In this document: positions 27,992-39,627 of the stretch, piece by piece | Numbering within the stretch: the stretch's first letter is position 1 | Layout of the letters: the number at the start of each line of letters is the position of its first letter | Assembly: GCA_009914755.4 (NCBI GenBank) | Contig: CP086569.2 | Coordinates: 25,440,001 to 25,504,000 of the forward strand | Origin: the human T2T-CHM13v2.0 reference genome, Homo sapiens | DNA: 64,000 bases | Reading direction: 5' to 3' | Notes under the pieces: model-generated | What the model was told of the DNA's origin: nothing | Seen by the model: only the letters and a program-made list of their open reading frames with translations | The model's database searches: none | Position numbers and translations under genes: made by a program

Positions 27992-30660
27992 TTAAATATT
28001 ACTGCTGGTTGATTTCTATCTTTTCCATTCAATTCTCTGTCCTGAGAGGCAACCATTCTTCTGATTTCTATCACCATAGATTAGTATCGCTTATTCTTCA
28101 GCATTAATGATGAAACGTTTTAAGGTGATGGAAAAGTTCTATATCTTGATTTGGGTAGTGGTTATACTGGTACATACAAGTGTCAAAACCCAGCAAACAG
28201 TATATTTAAAATCTGTGCACTAATTGTAAATTATATTTCAGTTTAAAAAAACCAAGATATTAGAGTCTTGGGAAGAGATAACTTTAAAAATAATAGATAT
28301 CATCATTCTTAAGGAGTGGACTAGGGAAGAGAAGGAAGCCAGCATGACCTCAATAGCAGATATAGTTTTATTGAACTAAAAACCAAGAAGGGAAAGAGCT
28401 GCCCTGGCTTCTCAACTGTATCCATGCTGATTAGCTAATAGCACCATTTCAATAGAATGCCCTCTGCTTTAACTGGCTCATTTGTTGTTGCAGAGCTGAG
28501 TCAACTGTACTGCCTGAAGGATGAAAACGGAGCTGGGGTAGAGAGGTGGTCATAAGATGCTACTGATTGTCTTGAAATAGAAATGTAGGAATTTACACTA
28601 GGCCATGATCAGGCATGTGGCTCTGTAGGCCCATACAGATAATGGCATCGTGCCTGCTAGCATTAGGAGAGAGTGCTCAAGGGAGAAAAAAAGTTAAGAA
28701 TTTAACTGAAAGAAATGAAACAAGCAAATATAAGACTTTTACAAAAAGGATGCCTCACCCTATGCTGATTCATTATCGGCCTTTCTTCTTGCACTATTGG
28801 CGAGGCTGGAGATTGGCACTTGGAATATATTTCTTATAGCAACCTTAGCTTATCTGCATAAATTCAAATGTACCAGTCCACAGATAAGGGGCTGTTTATT
28901 CTTTCTGATTCACATTGTTGTTTTCTTGACACATGGTAAACACTAGTAGATGCCTTATGCAATTGGGTGTGTGGAGTATTTTTTAGTCTGACAAATGCCT
29001 TTCACATCAAACTGCAACGGTCTCTGCTTTTCTTCATACTTTCAAGTCAACAGTCCTAAAGTAAAATTCCCTAGGAAGTACTGCATCAAGATCATCTTAA
29101 TTTTCCTTACTTGGTACCCTCTAGGCTAGGATTTTCCAGTGCCAAGGAGTTTAGAAAAGTAGAAAATAGAATTTTCACTGGCAAAAGACATTCTTATGAC
29201 AACAAAGCCTTCCCTTTTGCAATTCCCTGGATTTAAATGGCCTACGTATGGATAATGTTCCATTTCAGTACTCTATTCCTAAGTTATATATGCTTTGAGT
29301 TATAATTCCCCAAAGGAACTTTCCTATATTCACTCTTCCTATCTCCAAAAGCCTTTCCAAGCCCCTTGAAGAAACTAAGAGTTGCTGTAATTCATACACG
29401 TACACACATGCATACACTCTTGCCCCAAGGAACCTCTATATACTATTTCCACACCTCATAGCTTGCCTTTATGAAATAGCCCCAGCTTCAGCCAAGGGCA
29501 GGCAATTCTCACCTATGTCACCATTAGTCATTAAAGGCACTACTTTCTGGAAGGCTACTATTGTCTGTTTTGGATCTAGACAAAAATATAGGCAGATCAA
29601 TGACAATATATTATTTATATCTTCTCTGCTAAAGATGAGTTAGATGTTAATTTTCAGTACAGGTTATCAAATATACTCTGAGAACATACTTCCAATAAGT
29701 TGTAGGATACGATACAAAACGTCATCTTTTTACATAATTTCAATAGAAAAGCACATGTATTTCAATTAATTTAGTCAAAACCAAATTCCTTACTTCTTGG
29801 AAAACAGTACTGAAAAGAAAACCACCACCAATCTTGTCTGAGTGGCTTACAGGAGCCTCGAGTGTCTTCAGAAAAGCTGAACTTAGGCCTTTCACTGCAG
29901 GGAAGAGTTGGATGTCAGGCCTTAAAAGGCGAGAGTTATATAAGATGCCAGATGTTTAATCTTATCTCAAAGTCAAATATAAACGACTTGGGGACTGTCT
30001 GATGTTTTACATTCTCCACATTTATGTCCCTCTCTATTAGTGTGGATCCAAAAAGGAACTGGTATCACTCTTCACTTTTCATTCAAAGATTTCAAAGTAC
30101 TTCATATAATCCAATGACATAGTCACAAGAGAGAAAATGATGGATCCTATAACAGTGTGAAAGACTGGCAGCAGGCATAGAAAAATGTAGGAAACTGGTT
30201 CAAGAGTATAGGCATTGTTACACCACATGAGAAAATAGTACCATAAACTAATACCTGCTCCATCTCTTAGAGGAATGTCTATCTCCAAACTCCCTCTCAA
30301 CTAAAATCTGCATAAGTCTTGCCCTTTCTTCTACTAAAATTACATACAAGAGCAAGACTGTGCTCTCAAGAGACATGCCTCACTGGCTTGTCACTTACCC
30401 ATGTTTCTTTGACCTCTTCAGAGCCATCAGTTTCATCCTCCTAAAAAAGAAAAGGGAAGAAAATCAAGAGGCTCATCATCACAGACATCCTTGAAAACAA
30501 CAAGGTCAGATCCCATCAATTATGCATCTTGGCATTTCAAACATGGGCAATGAGAATTGACTTCCAAGTGATGCTCTGTTACTGCTACTTTTCACAGCCA
30601 TCACAGGCAGGCAACTTAGAAATGTCACCTGTAGTCTAAAAAGTCAAATCGACCACAGTT

Positions 30661-30692
30661 GGTAAAGGGATATCTTTAAGACAGACAGACAG
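30661..30692. repeat. (AGAC)n tetranucleotide microsatellite, 8 units
   Basis: aagacagacagacagacagacagacagactt. Confidence 0.95.
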
Positions 30693-32496
30693 ACAGACAG
30701 ACAGACTTAATTTCATCTTTGTCAATACTTATCAGTCAATTTGGCCCTAAAACAATGAAATATTTTTATCTAAAAATAATTTATAATGGATGACTATTAC
30801 TGTCTCATTTCTTGTCTCACTGAATAAAGTGTGTCCAATTTTCAAAGGAGTCATTGGTAGGCAGGGTCATCTTGTCCAAGTTATTGGCCACTTGTTCTTT
30901 AAAATGCCAATAACAAGGTTGAATGAGGCTACAGAACAAGATATGGAAGAGGATGAATGGAACTACTGAATGAGTATTTGTAGTTAGTAAACATTGGCAT
31001 ATCTGTCTTTATTTTAAAGCCAAAGTTCATCTATTTTATGTTATTTGTTCCACTTTTTCTCCAAAACAGTAAAACTAAGTGAACTTGTATTACTTAGAGG
31101 TTTTAAGTTCCTTGAACTTCTTGTAGTACTCCTACAATATTTAGTTAGAATCTGCTCATATGTGGCGTTAAGATATTGTTGACTCACTACATGACATTCA
31201 GGAAATATTAGGAAGGACTACTAAAACTCAACAAGCTTATTCATTTGTTAATATTTGTTTATATGGCTGTTGTACATTTCCAGTTTTTTAATTCTTTGCC
31301 AATTATTTACTGAGTGCCTGCCATGTGCTTAGTTAGCACTGTACTAGATACTGGGAATCTAGCCGGAACATACCAAATGAGTCCCACACTAGTTAGGTCT
31401 TTCTTCTCTTTTCCTCAGTAATACTTCCTGAGAAACTGCAAGATTCATGGCACCATGAAGGACTCTTTCTTTTAAACTCAACTGTAAGAATGGTGACCAA
31501 GAGTAATACGATATGCCTCAGCACAGACAAATCTACTTACATCCTTTGACCAGAAATTGATGTCTGTGCCTCTTCATCGTTCCTTGGGCCACCTCCTCTC
31601 TTGGACAGACAGCCTCTTAGAGGACTGCTCATCCAAATCTGCTTCTTCATTCTCTGGCCAGAGATAAAATAAAGTATGAACTTTAAGAATCTGCGGGATG
31701 TGCACTGTGGAGGGGCCTGTGTCTTTTGAAGCTCTACATACCATTTTTGTCCATTTCCTTTGCAGTTGTAGTGTTTGTGGTAGTCTTTGAACTCTCAGAA
31801 TCAGGGACTGAAAATCTATTTGTCCATAGCAGGTGGGAACTGGTGTAGAGTGAGGGTCTTGATGTAGAAGGAGATGCTGGCGTGGTGGGTTTGTCTGGCT
31901 GAGCTGGGCACCTCAGGTGATGACAGATAGGCTGGAAATAATCCACAACATGAGATATTAGAAATCAAGTCCATCTAAAGAGTAAGGACAGCAGGTTTAT
32001 ACAAAATGTTTTTTTTTCTATATTAAGAGGCTTTTGAGGAGATGATGATCAATATTGAGTACCTGGTAATAGGTACTCAATAAATGAACTAAGCTAAAGT
32101 TAGTTAATTAGACAGAAAAAAAAAACAGCTTCTAGACTCCTACTCTGAGAATCCCATCATGTTGAGAACAGTTCAAGCAAATTATTCATCAATTAACCAA
32201 AGGGTACTAGATAGCATTAACCATGTAAAAAATTCCTTTGATCTTGGAATGAAAATAAGAATGATGGCCTTTTTAAGATGGAGGGCTGAAAGGCAAGGTT
32301 TATGTAGGGAAACAAAAAGATCAGGAGCATGAAGAAGCAAAAAGTAGGGATTACTTGAGAACAGAGAACAAATGTGATAATCCTACCGAGTTCTGAATAC
32401 TCTACCACCTTGCCATAACCAGGCTTACTGAAACTTTCTAAAGTTCCCATTTTCCTTTTTGTAGTTTTGTTTTGTTGTTGTTGTTCTATTTTCTTT

Positions 32497-32597
32497 TCTT
32501 TTTTTTGAGATGGAGTCTTGCTCTGTTGCCCAGGCTGGAGTGCAACGGTGCAATCTTGGCTCACTGCAACCTCTGCCTCCTGGGTTCAAGCAATTCT
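32497..32597 (-). mobile_element. Truncated Alu (left-monomer portion only, minus strand) embedded in T-rich runs
   Basis: ttttttttgagatggagtcttgctctgttgcccaggctggagtgcaacggtgcaatcttggctcactgcaacctctgcctcctgggttcaagcaattctg, followed by unrelated sequence gtctattgtggtcttttttttttttt. Confidence 0.8.
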
Positions 32598-32785
32598 GGT
32601 CTATTGTGGTCTTTTTTTTTTTTTAAACCTGAGAGTTAGGACAGATAGAGCCTAACAATAAGACTTAACTTGGTTTATGGAAGACTCAGAGATAGATAAA
32701 TCCTTACTACACATTAAATTTATGACATAGAGATTGTACACATTTTTGTGATTTATAAAGACATAATACAATAAAATGTAGTAAA

Positions 32786-33000
32786 TTTGGAGTCAGACAG
32801 ATCTTTGTTCAAATTCTAGCTTCAGCATTACTAGCTGTGACCTTGAATAAGTTACTTAGCTTCTCTGGGCCATAACATCCTCATCTATAAAACAGAGATA
32901 ACACCTTCTTCAGAGAAGATTATGAGGATTAAATTAAGAAAATGTGCATTAGGTGCTTAGAAGAATACCTGGTAATAGGTACTCAATAAATAGTAGCTTA
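32786..33000 (+). mobile_element. MIR SINE (plus)
   Basis: tggagtcagacagatctttgttcaaattctagcttcagcattactagctgtgaccttgaataagttacttagcttctctgggccataacatcctcatctataaaacagagataacaccttcttcagagaagattatgaggattaaattaagaaaatgtgcattaggtgcttagaagaatacctggtaataggtactcaataaatag matches the MIR consensus (ccagactgcctgggttcgaatcccggctctgccacttactagctgtgtgaccttgggcaagttacttaacctctctgtgcctcagtttcctcatctgtaaaatgg...). Confidence 0.85.
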
Positions 33001-33354
33001 TAAAACAAACAAAATACAAAATAGAACTTCAGTTTATGGAATCTAGCCATTCAGAGTCAAAGCAAGGAGATTCCTTTCTTCTATAACCACAGTGACCATA
33101 ACATTTATCAGTCCAAACGGGGACACTTTTGATAATGCAAAGGAGTGGTAATGATAATTACATAAAGTCAACAGTTGTAATTGGAACCATCTTAGGTAAA
33201 CCAGGAGTTATGTTCACCCTAAATATAAACTTATACCTTTGACTACCAACTCCACTAGAGAAATGAAACGTAAATAAAAATGTCCCTCCCAACAGTGACA
33301 CTCATGAGTGCTGTGTAAGCCCCTTAGGTTTATAAGAGTTTGAAAAACAATACA

Positions 33355-33610
33355 CTAGTAGTTAAGAGAGCAAGCTGTGGAGTCAGACTGCCTATGTTCA
33401 AACTCTGGCTTAACCACTTCTTGGCTATGTGAAATGGGCAAATTCCTTAACCTCTGTGATTCAATTTCCTCATATATAAAATAGAAATAGTAATATTTAC
33501 CTCAGAGAGTTGTTATGAGGATTAAATGCATTAATACATGAGAAGTACTTAAAATAGTGCCTGGCATAAAGTAAGCACGTATTGAGTAAAGTAAACACTC
33601 AATATATGCT
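33355..33610 (+). mobile_element. MIR SINE (plus), second copy 350 bp downstream of the first
   Basis: gagcaagctgtggagtcagactgcctatgttcaaactctggcttaaccacttcttggctatgtgaaatgggcaaattccttaacctctgtgattcaatttcctcatatataaaatagaaatagtaatatttacctcagagagttgttatgaggattaaatgcattaatacatgagaagtacttaaaatagtgcctggcataaagtaagcacgtattgagtaaagtaaacactcaatatatgc. Confidence 0.85.
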
Positions 33611-35714
33611 TATATTTTTATTTGCATTTTGTTATACTATGACCTCTCCTTTTAGACTAGAAGGGCATTTATTCAAAAGCATCTGAGAGCATCAGTGAAC
33701 TCTCAGAAGAAAAAAATGGTCATTTAAGGACCGACATCCTCTAAATTTTTGTCACACAGGTTTGCAAACTAAAGACAGCCATACTGAGTGAGTTGTCCAT
33801 TGCAAGGTAGAACACAGCCTTTGAACTACCAGTGAAGAAGATACTCCCCAAACTAATTACCCTGCTTTTAGCACATTACATGCGAGCAAAAATGAGCTCA
33901 CCTCTTCATCCAGACTCCTGCCCCAGGGCTGCTGGCCCTCCCCAGCTTCTGTTGCAGGAACTGCTTAGGTCTCATGCTTCTCAGGGCTCCCCTCAAGCCC
34001 TTCAGTGTCTGTAGGCTTCTCACGAGGCTGCTCCTGAGCTTGCCTCTCTGCCCTCGACTGGCTGAATGTCCTTTCTGCTTCTTGAAGGTCTGCTAGGGTG
34101 ACACCCTGGGAAAATATCACAAGATCAGGGCTGTTTCACACTAACCATGGAATAACTCTTCATTGATCAGAAGTATTCCCAAAAAGATCTAATAGTTGTC
34201 AAATTCCAAAATGAAGCCCCTCAAAATGCATAATGAGGCCACTTCAAGCAATATATGCTTAAAATAAGCATCTCAGTGTACAAAGAACCCGGGCCTGAGT
34301 CTAGGTACATTTTAAATGTAATACTTTCTTTTTTCTGGTTTGATCTCCAGAAAACAGGTCAACATTGATGTCTGCCTGTTATAGATGTACTTTTCCCATA
34401 CCAAATAGTTCTCAGTATCTTTATTTGAAAGGTCTCTACCCTCCCAAGATCAAATGGTTACCAACAGAGATTCCCTAAACAGCAGATACCGGGAAAAAAA
34501 ATTCACTTAAAAAAAGAAAAACCTGGCTCAACAAGATGAAAATTCAGAGCTAGGCTATGATAACAACAACATAACCTCTTAAAACTCCTAGACTAGCTTT
34601 TCTTTAATATGAATTCCCAAGTAACTCTAGGAATCATATAGGGATATTCCAACAATTAATGCTCCCCCCCGCAGTGTCACAGGGGCAGCAAGACAGAAGA
34701 AAGGCAAATGATGACAAAACTACAGGAGAAGAGAGAAAAGGAGTTTAGAAAGAGCATGAGCTGATTCCAACTCAAGTAGTTATGTGCATGAGTCCTCAGA
34801 AGAAGGAAGTTCCAAAGCTGGAAGGTAGTTGATCAGGCACTGTATCCACAGCTTGCTTCCCCTCCCCACCCCCAGCTTTTTTACTATTAATTCATTTACT
34901 TACTCATTCTGTTAATAAAGAATTAGGTGTCTTTAGGCACTAGAACTACAAAGACAAATCCAATGGTTACTGTCAAGAACCTTTTATTCTAGCAGAAAAG
35001 ATGTAAGAAAACAGATGAGTATAATGAGAGAATGTAAGTATTAAAACAGAAACACAAGAGTATATAAGAGGAATATCGAACACTGGGTTTTAAAGAGTAA
35101 AAAGAACTTGGGTAGGGGGAGGGAGAAAAGGCATTATAGGTAGAGGGATCCTGTACAAAGATATGGAAACGAGAGAGGCCATGGATGATTTAGGAATCTG
35201 CAGGTAACTTAGCAAAGATGAAGCCCACAACAAAAAAAGGAAAGTTGGAAGAGAGAGAGAGAATGAGGATAGGTGATTTTAAGAAAGCAGGCAGAGGCTA
35301 GGTCATAATAGATTTTGTAAGCTATGCTAAGAAGCTTAGATTTTACTTTCTTTGGGAGTTGGTGGTCCCTTTGAGAATCTCATGAAGACTACTGAGAATC
35401 TAATAAAATCTCCTCAAAAATTATGTACACATTTCAAGGAGTTCAAAGATCTATTCAAGTTTTGACATGGACCTTCACTCCCTCTCTGCTGAATCTTTCC
35501 CTCTAAGACGTTTCCATGTTCCTGTCTCTCCCACCTTCAATTCTATGCCCCTCTCCGGCAACTTCCCTATCTTCTCCCATTCCTTCATAAACAAACTTGA
35601 AATCATTCCACAGCAATTTATCTTCCCCTATCATTTATTTCTCACTCATTTATTTATTCAATAAATATATATTGATTTATTTACTGTATGATGGTGGAAA
35701 AGATGAGCAAAAGT

Positions 35715-36730
35715 ATAGTCAGTCTTCTTTTTCACACCCATTAGGATGGTTATTACCAAAAAAAACAGGCTGGGCATGGTGGCTAACACCTGTAATCTCA
35801 GCACCTTGAAAGGCCAAGGTGGGTAGATCACTTGGGGTCAGGAGTTCAAGACCAGCCTGACTAACATGGTGAAACCCCATCTCTACTAAAAATACAAAAA
35901 TTAGCCAGGTGTGGTGATGGGCGCCTGTAATCCCAGCTACTTGGGAGGCTGAGGCAGTAGAATTGCTTGAACCCTGAGGCAGAAGTTGCAGTGAGCCAAG
36001 ATCACACCATCGCACCCCAGCCTGCGTGACAAGAGCAAACAACAACAACAACAACAAAAATATTGGTGAGGATATGGAAAAATTAGAACCCTTGTGCACT
36101 GCTGATGGGAACATAAAATGGTACAGCCGCTAAAGAAAACAGTATGGCAGTTCCTCAGAAAATTAAAAATTGAATTACCATATGATCCAGCAAATTCCAT
36201 TTCTCAGTATATACTGAAAAGAATTGAAAGCAGGGTTTCAGGGAGATATTTGTATAGCCATTCTCATAGCAGCATTAAACAGCCAAAAGGTGGAAGCAAC
36301 CCAATGTCTACTGACAGATGAATGGATACACAAAATGCAGTATCCATAAAAGGCTGAAATATTCATCCTTTAGGAGGGAGGAACTCTGACACATGCTACA
36401 ATATGGATGAACCCTGATAACTATGCTAAGTAAAATACGACACAAAAGGACAACTACTATATGATTCTACTTATTTGAGGTTCCTAGCATAGTCAAGTTC
36501 ATAGACAGAAAGTGGAAGCAGCATTGCCAGAGGGAAATGGGGAGTGATTATTTAATGGATACAGAGTTTCAGTTTGGGAAGAGGAAGAAAGTTCTAGAGA
36601 TGAATGGTGGCGATAGTTATACAACAATATAAATGTACTTAATGCCATTAAACTGTAAACTTAAAAATGGTAAAACTGGTAAGTTTTATGTTACATATAT
36701 TTCACCACAATAAAACAAAACAAAAAAACA
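35715..36730 (+). mobile_element. Ancient L1 (L1M-type) ORF2 C-terminus plus 3'UTR, plus strand, interrupted by the Alu at 35767..36060
   Basis: cacccattaggatggttattaccaaaaaaaacagg [Alu] tattggtgaggatatggaaaaattagaacccttgtgcactgctgatgggaacataaaatggtacagccgctaaagaaaacagtatggcagttcctcagaaaattaaaaattgaattaccatatgatccagcaaattccatttctcagtatatactgaaaagaattgaaagcag...ccaaaaggtggaagcaacccaatgtctactgacagatgaatggatacacaaaatg...ttaaactgtaaacttaaaaatggtaaaactggtaagttttatgttacatatatttcaccacaataaaacaaaacaaaaaaac. ORF 36118..36321(+) is an L1 ORF2-like peptide. Confidence 0.82.
35767..36060 (+). mobile_element. Alu SINE with (CAA)n-type tail, nested in the L1M
   Basis: ggctgggcatggtggctaacacctgtaatctcagcaccttgaaaggccaaggtgggtagatcacttggggtcaggagttcaagaccagcctgactaacatggtgaaaccccatctctactaaaaatacaaaaattagccaggtgtggtgatgggcgcctgtaatcccagctacttgggaggctgaggcagtagaattgcttgaaccctgaggcagaagttgcagtgagccaagatcacaccatcgcaccccagcctgcgtgacaagagcaaacaacaacaacaacaacaaaaa. 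Confidence 0.92.
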
Positions 36731-38132
36731 GTCAGTCTTGGTTCTCTTAGGGGTTACATTCTAATGGAGGAAACAGACAAATAATCATCAAGTACAAATA
36801 AAGGAAGAATACATGACCTACTTTGGGAGAGTCAAGAAAGACAACAAGGGTGTTTTTGCTGCCATATATAATGTCTCTTTTCCAGTGGTAAAATTTGCTA
36901 CTTGACCTCTGTAGTATTTAAAACTGTGGAACTTCTCCTTTTCACTGGAAATGGACTTTTCATTCACTTCCATGCTGCTACTATTTTCTGATTTTCTTTT
37001 CAACTGCTCCTGCTGCTTCTTTTCATTCTGTTTCATGGGCTTATCTTTCTTTGCTTCTTTAAATAACAAATTCATAGCCTTCTCTCAATTTTCACTGCCA
37101 TTACAACTTGATTTCATACCCTTGTAATTTCCTGGGACTACAATACAACTTGGACTACAATACAGTTCCCAGCAAGTCTTCTTGCTTCCAGGCTTGGCAA
37201 ACATACCTCTACCTACCATTCCCATCAATTATCTGCAGGGTGATTTTTCTAACCTATAATGTAGACTATATCATATTCCCTTAAACTGCTTCAATGACTC
37301 CTTCAGGGATTCCTTTTGTAACATCTTTATTAAAATACAATCCTCATATCATAATCACCATTTGAAAGTATACAATTCCTTGGTGTTTAGTTTATTCACA
37401 GAGTTATAAAATTATCACATCTAATTTCGTAATTTTCATCACCCCAAAAAGAAACCGCGTACTCACCATTCTGCCTTCCCCCCAGCCCTGGCACTAATCT
37501 AATTTCTGTCTCTTTGGATTTGCCTATTTGGGACATTTCATATAAATGGAATCATATAATATATGGAGTGTTTTGTGTCTGGCCTTTTTTAACTTAGCAT
37601 AATGTTTTCTTAAGGTTCATCCATGTTGTAACATGTATCAGTACTTCATTTTTTTTATTGCCAAATAGTATGGATTTATCACATTTGGTTTACCCATTCA
37701 TTAGTAAATAGACATTTGGCTTATTGTTACTTTTTGGCTATTATGAATAATACTATTACAAACACCTATATACAAGTTTTTATATGAACATATGTTTTCA
37801 TTTCTCTTGAGTAGAACTGCTGAGTCAAATGGTAACTCTAAGTTTAAAATTTTGAGGAATTGCCAAACTCTTTTCCCTTACGGATTCTTAAAATGTAGTA
37901 GGGATATAGGGATGTATAGGGATTCTTAAGGTCTTTAAGCACAAGTGAAATAATTAATCCTGTGAAGGAAAAGAGATAAACCTGTTCTAAGCCTGGAGGA
38001 ATATTGGTGAAATGGGTAGATGTAGATGTAAATTCATTTGGTTCTATGTAGTATAAGATTCAACACAGTGAAAGCTTTTAAGACTGGCTGGAATAGGGCA
38101 GTCATTTTTATGTGTGTGTTTTGCTTTGTCTT

Positions 38133-38433
38133 GTTTTTTTGAGATGGAGTCTCGCTCTGTCACGCAGGAGGGCAGTGGAGCAATCTTGGCTCACTGGAAC
38201 TTCTTCTGCCTCCCAGGTTCAAGCAATTCTCCCACCTCATCCTCCCAAGTAACTGAAATTACAGGCACACACCACCATGCCTGGCTAATTTTCATATTTT
38301 TAGTAGAGACAGGGATTCACCACGTTGGCCAGGCTTGTCTTGAACTCCTGACCTCAAGTCAGGAATGCTCTTGGTCTCAACTCCTTGGCCTCACAAATTT
38401 CTGGGATTACAGGTGTGAGCCACCATGCCAAGC
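38133..38433 (-). mobile_element. Alu SINE on the minus strand, inserted into or next to a (GT)n microsatellite (gtgtgtgtt before; gtgtgcgtgtgtgtgtgtctgtgtgt after, 38434..38462)
   Basis: ttgtttttttgagatggagtctcgctctgtcacgcaggagggcagtggagcaatcttggctcactggaacttcttctgcctcccaggttcaagcaattctcccacctcatcctcccaagtaactgaaattacaggcacacaccaccatgcctggctaattttcatatttttagtagagacagggattcaccacgttggccaggcttgtcttgaactcctgacctcaagtcagg...ctgggattacaggtgtgagccaccatgccaagcc. ORF 38114..38464(+) is Alu-derived. Confidence 0.92.
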
Positions 38434-38499
38434 CGTGTGCGTGTGTGTGTGTCTGTGTGTTTAAATCAGCAGTTGAACATGGATATTGCAGTGTGTTTT

Positions 38500-39627
38500 G
38501 GGACTAGAGCCAAGATGGCCAAATAGGAACAGTTCCGGTCTACAGCTCCCAGCACGAGCGACACAGAAGACGGGGGATTTCTGCATTTCCATTTGAGGTA
38601 CCGGGTTCGTCTCACTAGGGAGTGCCAGATAGTGGGTGCAGGACAGTGGGTGCAGCGCACCGCACGCCAGCCGAAGCAGGGCGAGGCATTGCCTCACTCG
38701 GGAAGCTCAAGGGGTCAGGGAGTTAGTTCCCTTTCCTGGTCAAGGAAAGGGGTGACAGACGGCACCTGGAAAATTGGGCCATTCCCACCCAAATACTGCG
38801 CTTTTCCGATGGGCTTAGGAAACGACGCACCAGGAGATTATATCCCGCACCTGGCTCCGAGGGTCCTAAACCCACGGAGTCTCGCTGATTGCTAACACAG
38901 CAGTCTGAGATCAAACTGCAAGGTGGCAGTAAGGCTGGCGGAGGGGCGCCCGCCATTGCCCAGGCTTGCTTAGGTAAACAAAGCAGCCTGGAAGCTCGAA
39001 CTGGGTGGACCCCACCACAGCTCAAGCAGTTCTGCCTGCCTCTGTAGGCTCCACCTCTGGGGGCAGGGCACAGACAAACAAAAAGACAGCAGTAACCTCT
39101 GCAGACTTAAATGTCCCTGTCTGACAGTGTTGAGGAGAGCAGTGGTTCTCCCAGCAGGCAGCTGGAGATCTGAGAACAGGCAGACTGCGTCCTCAAGTGG
39201 GTCCCTGACCCCTGACCCCCGAGCAGCCTAACTGGGGGGCACCTCCCAGTAGGGGCAGACTGACACCTCACACAGCCGGGTACTCCTCTGAGACAAAACT
39301 TTCAGAGGAACGATCAGACAGCAGCATTAGAGGATCACGAAAATCCGCGGTTCTGCAGACACCGTTGCTGATACCCAGGCAAACAGGGTTTGGAGTGGAC
39401 CTCTAGCAAACTCCAACAGACCTGCAGCTGAGGGTCCTGTCTGTTAGAAGGAAAACTAACAAACAGAAAGGACATCCACACCAAAAACCCATCTGTACAT
39501 CACCATCATCAAAGACCAAAAGTAGATAAAACCACAAAGATGGGGAAAAAAACAGAGCAGAAAAACTGGAAACTCTAAAAAGCAGAGTGCCTCTCCTCCT
39601 CCAAAGGAACACAGTTCCTCACCACCA
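38500..39627 (+). promoter_or_regulatory. L1 5'UTR, which carries an internal sense promoter and an antisense promoter (established L1 biology). CpG-rich relative to the window. The antisense ORFs 38723..39025(-) and 39403..39612(-) lie in the ORF0/antisense-promoter region.
   Basis: The full 5'UTR is present from nucleotide 1 of the element to the ORF1 ATG at 39628. Many CpGs are retained (ccgggttcgtctc, gcgcaccgcacgccagccgaagcagggcgagg, ccgatgggcttaggaaacgacgcacc). Promoter activity is an inference from family knowledge, not from this sequence. Confidence 0.6.
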
